Assembly (NCBI GenBank): GCA_964435035.1
Contig: CAYSXR010000006.1
Coordinates: 420-64,419, forward strand
DNA length: 64,000 nucleotides
Origin: an uncultured Gammaproteobacteria bacterium
Lineage (GTDB): Bacteria > Patescibacteriota > Patescibacteriia > Magasanikbacterales > UBA922
Direction of reading: 5' to 3'
How positions within the stretch are numbered: position 1 is the stretch's first letter; every line of letters starts with the position of its first letter. Positions 9,217 through 18,730 of the stretch are shown here, piece after piece. The notes under the pieces were generated by a model. That model searched no databases. It saw only the letters and a program-made list of their open reading frames with translations, and had not been told where the DNA came from. Position numbers and translations under genes: made by a program.

Positions 9217-9320
9217 ATGGATAATACTATGGATGGACTGTTATCAATCCTAATACTGATCTTTGGTGCTGCTGCGGCAGGATTGATTTGGTTTTTCTTT
9301 GGTAAAATTGGGAAGAAATA
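9217..9320 (+). CDS. Possible 34-aa single-TM microprotein
   Basis: ATG..TAA ORF encoding MDNTMDGLLSILILIFGAAAAGLIWFFFGKIGKK. It was not in the ORF track because it is under 60 aa. Confidence 0.2.
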
Positions 9321-9324
9321 AATA

Positions 9325-9357
9325 CTAGTTTTCTGGTTTACTGGTTATCTAGTTGTT
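9325..9357. repeat. Dispersed motif copy 1 (TTTTCTGGTTTACTGGTTATCTAGTTGT)
   Basis: It shares an exact 25-mer with 46337..46361 (reverse complement). Related copies lie at 37109..37184 and 56788..56829. Confidence 0.6.
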
Positions 9358-9386
9358 TGGTAAGAGAATAAAATTATTACTATATT

Positions 9387-10484
9387 ATGCAAACTGGATT
9401 ATTGATTGTATTCGCGGTACTATTGCTCGCCATGCTCGGAGTAATACTTATGATGTATAAAAAGTTAACTGGTGCAGGAAAAAATAAAGAAAATCCTGAG
9501 GAACAAAAAGCAATATTTCTCATGTTCCAACAGCAATTGCAGGACATGCAAAAAACCATGGACACAAAAATTTCTGAAACGCATAAAATTGTAGGAGACG
9601 GTCAGCAAAACCTTCATCACACACTCCAAACACAGTTTGCACAAAGTTCAAAAATCATTACAGACATTACTGAAAAATTAACGACGCTTGATAAAACCAA
9701 TCAACAAGTAATTGGTTTTTCTGCGCAATTGAGTGATCTTGAAAAAGTGTTGAAACACCAGAAACAACGGGGAAATTTGGGTGAAGTAGGACTTAATCTG
9801 CTTCTTGAAAATATTTTGTCACCCAATGATTTCAAAACACAACATCATTTCAATAATGGAGATATTGTGGACGTTGCAATATTTACCAAAGAGGGAATTA
9901 TTCCGGTGGACGCCAAGTTTTCACTCGACAATTATGAACGGTTGATTCATGAACCAGAGGGTGTGAATCGCGACAACCTAGAAAAAGATTTCAAAAATGA
10001 TTTGAAGAAACGAATTGATGAAACAGCAAAATATATTAAGCCAGATGAAGGAACTCTTGAGTTTGCATTCATGTATATTCCGTCTGAAGCAATCTATTAC
10101 GATCTTCTGGTGAATGAGGTCGGGGCAGTAAAAGTAAATACGAGAAATTTGATTGATTATGCCTTTAATGAAAAGAAAGTGGTAATTGTTTCACCCACTA
10201 CCTTCTCGGCATATCTCCAGACGGTACTCTTTGGTCTTCGAGCTTTGAAGATTGAAGAAGGAGCAAAGATGATTCGAAAGAATGTGGAGATGCTCGGGAA
10301 ACATATCAATGCGTATGACGAGTATATGAAGAAGTTGGGATTGAGTATGTCTACGACCGTAAACCACTTCAATACCGCTTATAAGGAGCTTGGTAAAATT
10401 GATAAGGATGTAGTGCGGATCACGGGGGCGAGCGAGAAGGTAATTGTGCCTGATCTCCTTGATAAACCTCAGCTTGACAGTTAG
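9387..10484 (+). CDS. rmuC: DNA recombination protein RmuC
   Basis: N-terminal TM helix, a long coiled-coil, and a C-terminal RmuC-type domain (KVVIVSPTTFSAYLQTVLFGLRAL). Confidence 0.75.
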   Translation: MQTGLLIVFAVLLLAMLGVILMMYKKLTGAGKNKENPEEQKAIFLMFQQQLQDMQKTMDTKISETHKIVGDGQQNLHHTLQTQFAQSSKIITDITEKLTTLDKTNQQVIGFSAQLSDLEKVLKHQKQRGNLGEVGLNLLLENILSPNDFKTQHHFNNGDIVDVAIFTKEGIIPVDAKFSLDNYERLIHEPEGVNRDNLEKDFKNDLKKRIDETAKYIKPDEGTLEFAFMYIPSEAIYYDLLVNEVGAVKVNTRNLIDYAFNEKKVVIVSPTTFSAYLQTVLFGLRALKIEEGAKMIRKNVEMLGKHINAYDEYMKKLGLSMSTTVNHFNTAYKELGKIDKDVVRITGASEKVIVPDLLDKPQLDS

Positions 10485-10553
10485 TCATTATTTAGCTATA
10501 CTGCGGCTTACTCTCACATATTTATTATAAATCCGAAGAATTAGATATTTATT

Positions 10554-10823
10554 ATGCCAATTTTAAGAAATGCCAAGAAAGCTCTGCGCCAATCAAAGAA
10601 GCGTGAAGCTGAAAACCTCGTTTTCAAACGCGCGTACAAAGAAGCTTTGAAAAAAGCTCGAGCCGCAGTTGAAAAAGGTGAAAAAGACATGGGAGACAAA
10701 ATCAAGCTTGCTCAAAAGAAACTTGATAAAGCAGTAAAGAAAGGTGTGCTGAAGCAAGGTGCTGCATCACGATACCTCTCACGAATGACTTCAAAAGCTG
10801 CAAAACTTGTAAAGAAAGCGTAA
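10554..10823 (+). CDS. rpsT: 30S ribosomal protein S20
   Basis: An 89-aa Lys/Ala-rich protein with the S20-like N-terminus MPILRNAKKALRQSKKRE. Confidence 0.8.
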   Translation: MPILRNAKKALRQSKKREAENLVFKRAYKEALKKARAAVEKGEKDMGDKIKLAQKKLDKAVKKGVLKQGAASRYLSRMTSKAAKLVKKA

Positions 10824-10835
10824 AAATCTTATACT

Positions 10836-10870
10836 ATCCTACACCAAAATAGTGTAGGATTTTTATTTTT
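10836..10870 (+). terminator. Rho-independent terminator after rpsT
   Basis: ATCCTACACcaaaataGTGTAGGAT followed by TTTTATTTTTT. Confidence 0.7.
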
Positions 10871-12063
10871 TGTATATCTGGCATATGTCAGGAAGAGACG
10901 GTAAATTTACACCAGCTTCAGAATCAATGGGGGGAGTAGAGGCTGAAAAGAGAAACCGAGGCATTGGAACAAGAAAATCCGGGGATACTCGAGTATTGGT
11001 CGGCGATGCAACAGAAGCAAACTCATTTGTTGAAACATCTGAAATGGATACAAAAGTCGATCAGGTCCTGAAACATGTAGAATTGGAGTTGGGTTTAGAG
11101 ACCGTGCGGATTCTCCGTGATCGGTATGAACGAGCAATATCGCGAGGAATGTTTGCCATTAGACATCGGGAAACGGCAGACCCTACCCACAGTCGACCCT
11201 CCTCTGAACGCTCATCTTTATATACCGAAGCTTTTGCTGCACTCAAATATGCAATTGCTGACGCGTTGGAAAAAATAAGAAGTACGAATCGAGAAGATCG
11301 ACTTATTCCTGAATTAAAGACTCGACAGCAAGCGACAGAACGGTTCAATGATCTGGTAGCTCAATTGAGAGAAAATGAACAATTGGTTTTTGTGTCAATG
11401 GATCTTGATGATTTTAAAAAAATAAATGATACACTCGGTCATGTAATGGGAGATCAAGTGTTGCGTTCGTTTGGTACTGCATTATATAGTGCAGTACGCC
11501 CAGATGATGTATCAGTCCATTTTAGTGGTGATGAATTTGGACTAATGCTTAAAACAGACATTAAAAAACAAGATGGACAAGAAGTGGATGTGTCTGAAGT
11601 TCTCGCCCGTATTGTAAAGTATTGTCAGGATACCACTGTCCGTCCGATAGTATCTAATGATGGGGTATCAGAAATACAAAAAATAAGTACAGGTTTTGTA
11701 AAAATACCATTTGAGAAAAAAGAAAAAAGTAATTTTGAAATGTCACGAGAAAAATCTGACAGAGCATCGGAATTTTCAAAATTATTGGATATTTTGTTGG
11801 AATTAAGGGGTGGTGGTGTAGTAGACTCAGATATACGAGTCGTGGATTATGCCGCAATGGATATGATTAGAAAACAATTTTCAGATCATGAAATTAATAT
11901 AGCTCGATATGTGCGGGGCATGAGACGTGAATTTGGTGAGTTCATGAGATCAGGAAATGCTGAATTTGAGTATTCAATAAGAGAAATGGCACAAATTGCA
12001 GAATTAATACTCACAGGGAAGATGAAAGAAATATTGAATCTCCAAGGAAAAAAAACGGAATAA
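10870..12063 (+). CDS. GGDEF-domain protein with variant SGDEF motif
   Basis: The central region matches the diguanylate cyclase fold (VFVSMDLDDFKKINDTLGHVMGDQVL...VHFSGDEFGLML). The N-terminal start is uncertain. Confidence 0.5.
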   Translation: MYIWHMSGRDGKFTPASESMGGVEAEKRNRGIGTRKSGDTRVLVGDATEANSFVETSEMDTKVDQVLKHVELELGLETVRILRDRYERAISRGMFAIRHRETADPTHSRPSSERSSLYTEAFAALKYAIADALEKIRSTNREDRLIPELKTRQQATERFNDLVAQLRENEQLVFVSMDLDDFKKINDTLGHVMGDQVLRSFGTALYSAVRPDDVSVHFSGDEFGLMLKTDIKKQDGQEVDVSEVLARIVKYCQDTTVRPIVSNDGVSEIQKISTGFVKIPFEKKEKSNFEMSREKSDRASEFSKLLDILLELRGGGVVDSDIRVVDYAAMDMIRKQFSDHEINIARYVRGMRREFGEFMRSGNAEFEYSIREMAQIAELILTGKMKEILNLQGKKTE

Positions 12064-12064
12064 A

Positions 12065-12982
12065 TTATTGTATACCAATTTTTCCAACCAGCATATCAAT
12101 CATAATCGGCAAGTTACCCTTGCCGGTTTTTGTTTTGATATCTATGGAGAGTAATTCCGCATATATAGCTTTGAGTTCTGGAAGCGTGTAAGAACGAAGC
12201 AAAGGAATAGTTTTTTTAACGACAAATGGATGAAGTCCAATATTTTTTGCAAGTACATCAGGAGGAGTGGATGGAGCCAGATGTAATGCATCTTTCAACT
12301 CAAGCATTATTCGGAACTGTCTCACTATCATTGCAAAAATATAATGTGCATCTTGGCCTTGCTCGTATTGTTCACGAATCATCGCGTATACTTTCTCAGG
12401 TTTTTTGGCAACGATTGCGTCAATCAGATTGAAAATATTATCATCTGCTGTCTCATTGAGAAATAATCGAACAATATCAGCCGTACAAACTTTATCCTTG
12501 CAATATCCAGCCAATTGTTCGATGAGTGAGTGAATAAACCAGGTGTCACCTTTGGAGTGAAGTACAATAAATTCAAGTGCATTATTATCAACGGTGAGGT
12601 TTCTTTCTTTTGCATACTCACTAATCCATCTTCGTAAATCACCACCCTCAAGAATCTCGAAATGTTGCGCATATTTAGAGGCGGCAAGTTTTTTGAGCAA
12701 TTCTTTTTGTACTTTTGTCTTGTAACTATCGACTCGTTCGTATAACACACAGATGGTAGTTGCGGGAATTGCTGCATCATTATCAAGTAGTGTTGCTAAT
12801 TTTTCATGAAGTTCGGCGTGCTTTGATTCAAGAGCATATTCAATAATAACCATTCGTTTTTCAGCTAAAAAGGGCGAACCATGAAGCTCTGTTAGAATGG
12901 TTCCTGGTTTTTCAATAAGTGCGTCAAAACGAGCTATGTTGTAGCCCGAAGGATCGCGATCAGTCTTGAATTTCAGAATCAT
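12065..12982 (-). CDS. holA: DNA polymerase III delta subunit (N-terminus likely extends to about 13069)
   Basis: 305 aa with a HolA-like fold. In-frame upstream translation gives ILIFLYGKDTFRSRESLRK, the canonical delta N-terminus, but has no ATG/GTG/TTG start before an in-frame stop and runs into the palindromic repeat. Confidence 0.6.
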   Translation of the reverse strand: MILKFKTDRDPSGYNIARFDALIEKPGTILTELHGSPFLAEKRMVIIEYALESKHAELHEKLATLLDNDAAIPATTICVLYERVDSYKTKVQKELLKKLAASKYAQHFEILEGGDLRRWISEYAKERNLTVDNNALEFIVLHSKGDTWFIHSLIEQLAGYCKDKVCTADIVRLFLNETADDNIFNLIDAIVAKKPEKVYAMIREQYEQGQDAHYIFAMIVRQFRIMLELKDALHLAPSTPPDVLAKNIGLHPFVVKKTIPLLRSYTLPELKAIYAELLSIDIKTKTGKGNLPIMIDMLVGKIGIQ

Positions 12983-13065
12983 TTTTCGAAGTGATTCGCG
13001 ACTTCGAAATGTATCTTTGCCGTAGAGGAAGATGAGTATAGGTGGTGGGGTTAATTGAGGGATTA

Positions 13066-13138
13066 CATGCGAATTACGAATGGTACGAATATACGAATAA
13101 ATTCAATTAGTATATTCGTACCATTCGTAATTCGCATG
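13066..13138. repeat. MITE-like palindromic repeat, copy 2
   Basis: CATGCGAATTACGAATGGTACGAAT...ATTCGTACCATTCGTAATTCGCATG. It overlaps the presumed 5' end of holA. Confidence 0.7.
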
Positions 13139-13263
13139 TCAATTGTACCTGGTTTTGTATCATTACTCAATCTCTTGAATTGGAGATCAAAGTAGTGTAC
13201 ACTAGTCTCGTGTTTATACTTACTTTTAATATATTGCGTATGTGTATGAAGGGTGAATCAAAA

Positions 13264-13746
13264 ATGAAACATTGGGGACTGGTGGCACTTCGTTTAGTAT
13301 TAGGTATTGTATTTATCTATCATGGTTGGATGAAAATTGGTGGAATCGATGGGGCTGCAGGAATGATGCAGGGAATTGGACTTCCAATGCCATTATTTTT
13401 TGCATGGCTTGTAGCATTAGTAGAATTTATCGGAGGTATAGCAATCATACTTGGGCTCTTTAATCGTATTGTTACGGCACTTCTAGCTGTTACTATGGTT
13501 GTAGCTTTGCTTACGGTGCACACCAAGATGCCATATGGAGGTGCAACTGAACTTCCAATCGTGCTTTTAGGGGCACTTATTGCCCTGCATACTATTGGAT
13601 CTGGCAAATTTGCACTTATGGGACGAAAGAATGAAGAATGTGGATGTGGTGTTGATGGAAAAGGCCATGGTGATGCAGATGATGACGGGTGTTGTGGTGG
13701 TGGTTGTGAATGTTCTGGTAAAGAAGACAAAAAAACCAAGGTTTAA
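13264..13746 (+). CDS. DoxX-family membrane protein with C-terminal Cys/Gly-rich tail
   Basis: DoxX motif (LRLVLGIVFIYHGWMKI) and 4 TM helices, then a tail CGCGVDGKGHGDADDDGCCGGGCECSG. The start was chosen at MKHWGLVAL. Confidence 0.65.
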   Translation: MKHWGLVALRLVLGIVFIYHGWMKIGGIDGAAGMMQGIGLPMPLFFAWLVALVEFIGGIAIILGLFNRIVTALLAVTMVVALLTVHTKMPYGGATELPIVLLGALIALHTIGSGKFALMGRKNEECGCGVDGKGHGDADDDGCCGGGCECSGKEDKKTKV

Positions 13747-13870
13747 ATTTGATTAAGACAAACAAAATTCGCCTGCACTATGGGCGAATTTTGTTTTTGC
13801 ATGTTAGTAGACTAGGCAATCTATTGGGCGCCTTGCTATAATAAGGAAACGTTTAATGTAGTTATAGTCT

Positions 13871-15100
13871 ATGATGGAAAAAATAAAAACAGATGTGGTA
13901 ATTCTTGGGGCTGGAATTGGAGGGTATGAAGCTTTTCGTACGCTTAATCGAAATTTGAAACGAAAAGGACTAGGGAGCCATATTACGATAGTAGATGAAA
14001 ACAATTATTTTACTTTTATCCCTTTGTTACATGAGGTCTCTACGGGCTCTGTTGAGTCTACTCATGCATCAATACCATTGCGTGAATTAGTTCATAATAC
14101 TCCGCATGCCTATGTCAATGCCAGAGTAGAACATATTGAGTATGAAAAAAAAGAAGTCCATACTACAAGCGGTATCATTTCTTTCGATTATTGTGTTATT
14201 GCATTAGGAAGTACGGTGAATTTTTATGGTGTACCGGGTACCACTGAATTTACTCACCATGTGCGAAGTTTGAAAGATGCACTTGCACTTAAATATGCAT
14301 TGGTGGAGAATCTTGAGAATTGTAAAACTGATGAGTGTATGATCACTGTTGTCGGGGGAGGGTATGTGGGAGTGGAAATTGCAGGACAATATGGAACACT
14401 CAAAAATGGGGATTTAAAAAAATTATATCCGCACAAAAAAATTACTGTACGAATTATTGAACCAAATAATTCGGTTTTGTCTGCAATGAAACCGGGTATA
14501 CAAGCGCGTGTAACAAAACGTCTAGAAAAATTAGGGATAGAATTTGTATATAATAATTCAGTTGTTAAAGTTACTAAAAATTCAGTAATACTAAAAACTG
14601 GTGAAGAGATTGCGAGTGATATTACGGTGTGGGCAGCTGGATTTATGAATCTGGGCACACAGTTTGTGGAAGAAAGTAAATGTGAAAAAGGTAGAATTAA
14701 AGTGGATCAGTATTTACGAATGGAAGAGAATGAAGCTTGCTATGCAATTGGAGATATTGCCTACACACTTGATGGAGTTACAGGAAAATCTTGTCCTCAA
14801 CTTGCTGAGGTAGCTCATAAGGCAGGTAAGTTTGTAGGGGTGGATATTGCACGGAGAATTGCGGGAAAAGAAGTGAAACCATTTACATTCAAATCAAAAG
14901 GTCAACTCATGCCAGTCGGAGATTGGTATGGAATTGCAGTAATTGGGGGTAAAGTATTTTATGGTTGGTTTGCATGGTGGATACGCCGAACGGTGTATGT
15001 ACTTTATATGCCAGGAATCCTTCGAAAATTACGAATTGTGTTTGATTGGACAATTCACAGTCTTGGATTTGGACATTTTATACATATTGAAAAAAAATAG
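13871..15100 (+). CDS. Type II NADH dehydrogenase-like FAD-dependent oxidoreductase
   Basis: Two Rossmann motifs (VVILGAGIGG, VVGGGYVGVEIAG), the NDH-2 signature FTFIPLLHEV, and a hydrophobic C-terminal tail. Confidence 0.7.
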   Translation: MMEKIKTDVVILGAGIGGYEAFRTLNRNLKRKGLGSHITIVDENNYFTFIPLLHEVSTGSVESTHASIPLRELVHNTPHAYVNARVEHIEYEKKEVHTTSGIISFDYCVIALGSTVNFYGVPGTTEFTHHVRSLKDALALKYALVENLENCKTDECMITVVGGGYVGVEIAGQYGTLKNGDLKKLYPHKKITVRIIEPNNSVLSAMKPGIQARVTKRLEKLGIEFVYNNSVVKVTKNSVILKTGEEIASDITVWAAGFMNLGTQFVEESKCEKGRIKVDQYLRMEENEACYAIGDIAYTLDGVTGKSCPQLAEVAHKAGKFVGVDIARRIAGKEVKPFTFKSKGQLMPVGDWYGIAVIGGKVFYGWFAWWIRRTVYVLYMPGILRKLRIVFDWTIHSLGFGHFIHIEKK

Positions 15101-15246
15101 CATCGCAAAAATGAAATTATAATCCTATATTGTTTGTTCGATATAGGATTTTTTGTTATAGTCAAATTACAGTCCGCTAGCATAAGGAGGAGCGGGCATA
15201 GACTCGTGGCTGTCCCCAGGATAAGGGACAACAGTTCGGTGGACTA

Positions 15247-15783
15247 TTGTTCCAACGAGCATGTGCTTTTCTGGCGCATACGCGAGAAACGAGAGAAATA
15301 GTGTTCGAGATTATCGTTACATTCGGGACCGTGCCGGAGGTGCCGGCAGGTTATCGACACTACACACGTGACAACGATAAGCTTCTGGTGTGTTCGTACG
15401 AGAGGAAATTGGACGAATGGGATGAACCGTCGCTCATTCACCGTTACCTTAATCGTCACGAACTCGCTCGAGCTGATGCGGTGTACGTCTACGTCGGAGA
15501 CGTGGAGTCTACGTGCACACGAGAACAAGCATGGCTTCTGGTTCGCTGGATCCTCGGAGAGCTAAGCATCTTCAAGAGAGAGAAGAGACAGAAGAAGGAC
15601 GACAAGAAGGCGAAGGTGTCCGAGGTGAAGGTGGTCGTAAGCTTCGAAGGACTCGCCCCGGGGGTCCGGGAAAAGGAGGAGCGCGAGGCACAAGATCTGG
15701 GGGTCAAGGTGGTCGAACTGAAAGATATGTCGGCGGAGAAGTTCTTTGCTGGCATTTACGAGAAGTATCGACCGGCAGCCTGA
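15247..15783 (+). CDS. Hypothetical protein in GC-rich island (Lys/Glu-rich C-terminal half)
   Basis: 178 aa with GC3 bias in the plus frame. No recognisable domain. Several overlapping ORFs on both strands are typical of GC-rich DNA. Confidence 0.35.
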   Translation: MFQRACAFLAHTRETREIVFEIIVTFGTVPEVPAGYRHYTRDNDKLLVCSYERKLDEWDEPSLIHRYLNRHELARADAVYVYVGDVESTCTREQAWLLVRWILGELSIFKREKRQKKDDKKAKVSEVKVVVSFEGLAPGVREKEEREAQDLGVKVVELKDMSAEKFFAGIYEKYRPAA

Positions 15784-15946
15784 CCATTCATGCCAGGGAC
15801 AAAAGACAGCGCATCAGCGCTTTCCTTGTACCCTGGCCATTCTTTTTTAGTCGAAAGTCTCTACAGTTAAAAAGTCGAAAGAAAATACAATAACACAAGT
15901 TTTGAAATAAGACTTTCAAACTTTAAAGACTATATGACTTTCGACT

Positions 15947-18631
15947 CTACTTCATCTCCCCCCATCGATCGCCAATCTCTACTCCTACATCGATTGGCAC
16001 TCTGAGTTTTGCTACATTTTGCATTTCATTTTTTACAATCTCCGCAACTGTTTCGGCATATTTCTCCTCAACTTCTAAAACAAGTTCATCGTGTATCTGC
16101 AATGTCATTCGAGCATGCACATCAAGTAATTTTTCTTTTTTGAGCGCATGGTAGACCGCAATCATTGCCATCTTCATTATGTCCGCTGCGGTTCCTTGGA
16201 TCGGCATATTGATTGCCATGCGTTCTCCTGCTGCTTGGATTTGTCTATTGGGTGATTGTAATTCGGGTACATAACGTTTTCGACCAAATAATGTTTCTAC
16301 ATACCCAGTTTTTTTTGCTTCTTCAAGTGTATTATCTAAATATGTTTTTACACCAGAAAATGTTTCAAAATATTTTTTGATAAAATCTTTTGCTTCAAAT
16401 TGACTTATACCAGTTCGAGAAGCGAGTCCAAATGCACCCATGCCATATAAGACTCCGAAGTTAACTTCTTTTGCCGATCGTCGAATATCTTTGGTAACTT
16501 TATCCAGTGGAATATTGTGAATTGCGGCAGCAGTTGCGGTATGAATATCTTCACCTTTTTTAAATATCTCAATCATTTTTTCGTCATTCGCAAGAGACGC
16601 AACAATACGCAATTCAATTTGAGAATAATCAGCTGAAATCAGTTTATTTCCCTTGTCTGCAATAAATGCTTTGCGTACATCTTTCCCTAATTCAGTTCTA
16701 ATTGGGATATTTTGCAAATTGGGGTCAATACTTGAGAGTCGTCCCGTAGCTGCAATTGCCTGGTTGAATGTCGTGTGAATTCTACCGGTTTTTGGATTAA
16801 TCAGTGTTGGTAATACATCAATATAGGTATTTCGAAGTTTTTCTACTTCACGATATTCTTCAATAAAAGGAATAATAGAATGCATTTCCCGTAACTTTTC
16901 AAGTTCACTCGCAGCAGTTGAATAACCTGTTTTACCTTTTTTTATCATGTCAGTCGGAAGTCCTAGATCGACAAATAAAATATCCCGAAGTTGGGTGGAA
17001 GACGACACGTTGAATTCTTTTCCTGCTTCTTTCCAGATTTTAGCCTCCAACTCTGTAATCGTTTTTGCAATTTTTTCTGATAATCTTCCAAGGAGTGGAA
17101 TATCAATGGCGACTCCTGCGAGCTCCATGTGTGCGAGTACGGGGATGAGTGCCATTTCGATGTCTTCAAATAATCCCTTCTCTGATTCACTTACTAATTG
17201 TTTTTCATATTTCTCTGTTACTTTGAGCATTGCTGCGAGTTCGGTTGCAATAATTTTTGGGTCAATGCCGAATAGTGATGATTGATCTGTATTGGGTAAT
17301 TCAATTCCTAATTCTCGAATCGCAATTGATTCCATATCATGCGCACGAGTACTGGAGTTCAGTAAATACGATGCAATCATGACATCAAATAACTGCGCTT
17401 TGAATTCAACGCCTACATGCGTGTACAGTTTTACAAATTGTTTTACATCATGCCCGACAATGGTAATGTCTTTCGAATTAAAAGGAAGTTTTTCAAGCAT
17501 TGAAAGTGGAATCATCCACGAAGTGTCGGCAATAACACATACAATTCCAGTACATGTTGAGGTGATGATATTTCCATTTTCATTCTGGAAACAAGGTCGA
17601 CATGCGCAGACTTTATATTTTTGTATAAGTGTACTAAGCTCTGAAATATTTTTAGTATCAACGTTGACCACTTCACCAACTTTCATCTTTTTTTCTTTCT
17701 TTTTAGAAATAGTGGTTTTTTCTTCAACTACTTCTGTTCCTCCCGACACACGCTTCACGAGAGAGTAAAAACCGAATTTTTTGAATAATTCAATTACATC
17801 TTCTCGTTTATAAGAAGTCGTCTGCATTTCTGGAAGTGAGTATTCGGTATCAGGAACATTAGTATCGATGGTCGCAAGTTTTTTACTCATCAATGCTGAC
17901 TCATATCCCTCAGTTAATTTCTTTTGTACACTTGCAGATATTTTTTTGTCTTCTTTTTTCAGCGCATCATAAATTTTTTCAAGTGATCCAAAATTTGCGA
18001 TTAATTCTGTCGCAGTTTTTTCTCCCACACCTTTCACACCTGGAATATTATCAGAAGTATCCCCACGAAGAGATTTGTAATCAATCATTTGTGCCGGAGA
18101 AAAACCGAATTTTTCACGCATGTGACTTTCATTGAATAATTCAAAATCTGACATTCCTTTTCGGAGAAGATACACTTCGATTTTGTTGTCATCAATCAAT
18201 TGTAATAAATCTTTGTCACCCGTCACGATAATACAGGTGATGTCTTTGTGTGCTCCAGTAATTTTTTTGGCCAATGTTCCAATAAGATCATCAGCCTCAA
18301 ATCCCGTCTTCGTGTAAATAGGTACATTAAAACCTTTTACTAGTTCATGTACGAGTGGAATCTGATCATAGAGTGCCTGATCAGTCTTTACTCGGGTAGC
18401 TTTGTATTCGGTATAGATTTCATCTCGAAAGGTTCCACCAGCTACGTCAAAAGTCGTAACTAGGTAGTCAGGTTTGAGGTCTCCCATGACTTTGAGGAGC
18501 ATGGATGCAAACCCATAAACAGCGTTAACTAGAGTGCCATCTGGAGCAGTGAGCGGTGGTAGGGCATGGTAGGCGCGGTGGATAATCGCATTTCCATCAA
18601 TAATGACGACTGTTTTATTGGTTTTTGTCAT
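15947..18631 (-). CDS. polA: DNA polymerase I
   Basis: 894 aa with an N-terminal 5'-3' exonuclease (VVIIDGNAIIHRAYHALPPL), a degenerate middle domain, and C-terminal polymerase motifs (DYSQIELR, QIHDELVLE). Confidence 0.95.
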   Translation of the reverse strand: MTKTNKTVVIIDGNAIIHRAYHALPPLTAPDGTLVNAVYGFASMLLKVMGDLKPDYLVTTFDVAGGTFRDEIYTEYKATRVKTDQALYDQIPLVHELVKGFNVPIYTKTGFEADDLIGTLAKKITGAHKDITCIIVTGDKDLLQLIDDNKIEVYLLRKGMSDFELFNESHMREKFGFSPAQMIDYKSLRGDTSDNIPGVKGVGEKTATELIANFGSLEKIYDALKKEDKKISASVQKKLTEGYESALMSKKLATIDTNVPDTEYSLPEMQTTSYKREDVIELFKKFGFYSLVKRVSGGTEVVEEKTTISKKKEKKMKVGEVVNVDTKNISELSTLIQKYKVCACRPCFQNENGNIITSTCTGIVCVIADTSWMIPLSMLEKLPFNSKDITIVGHDVKQFVKLYTHVGVEFKAQLFDVMIASYLLNSSTRAHDMESIAIRELGIELPNTDQSSLFGIDPKIIATELAAMLKVTEKYEKQLVSESEKGLFEDIEMALIPVLAHMELAGVAIDIPLLGRLSEKIAKTITELEAKIWKEAGKEFNVSSSTQLRDILFVDLGLPTDMIKKGKTGYSTAASELEKLREMHSIIPFIEEYREVEKLRNTYIDVLPTLINPKTGRIHTTFNQAIAATGRLSSIDPNLQNIPIRTELGKDVRKAFIADKGNKLISADYSQIELRIVASLANDEKMIEIFKKGEDIHTATAAAIHNIPLDKVTKDIRRSAKEVNFGVLYGMGAFGLASRTGISQFEAKDFIKKYFETFSGVKTYLDNTLEEAKKTGYVETLFGRKRYVPELQSPNRQIQAAGERMAINMPIQGTAADIMKMAMIAVYHALKKEKLLDVHARMTLQIHDELVLEVEEKYAETVAEIVKNEMQNVAKLRVPIDVGVEIGDRWGEMK

Positions 18632-18730
18632 AAAAATATTAAGTAAGAATAGTATAGCAGGTTTTATGGTTCCTGAAACCTAAAAATTAGATATAGCGCC
18701 GGATGAAGCTGAAATACGAGAGATGTATCC

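Noticed and set aside
13320-13739. 139-aa Pro/Ser-rich ORF antisense to the DoxX gene
   Set aside because: It is antisense to a gene with a clear family signature, has low-complexity translation, and is an artefact of the Cys/Gly-rich codons.
17292-17768. 158-aa ORF antisense inside polA, and other ORFs overlapping polA at 16947..17285, 17893..18135 and 18132..18317
   Set aside because: They are embedded in polA on the opposite strand and are typical spurious ORFs.
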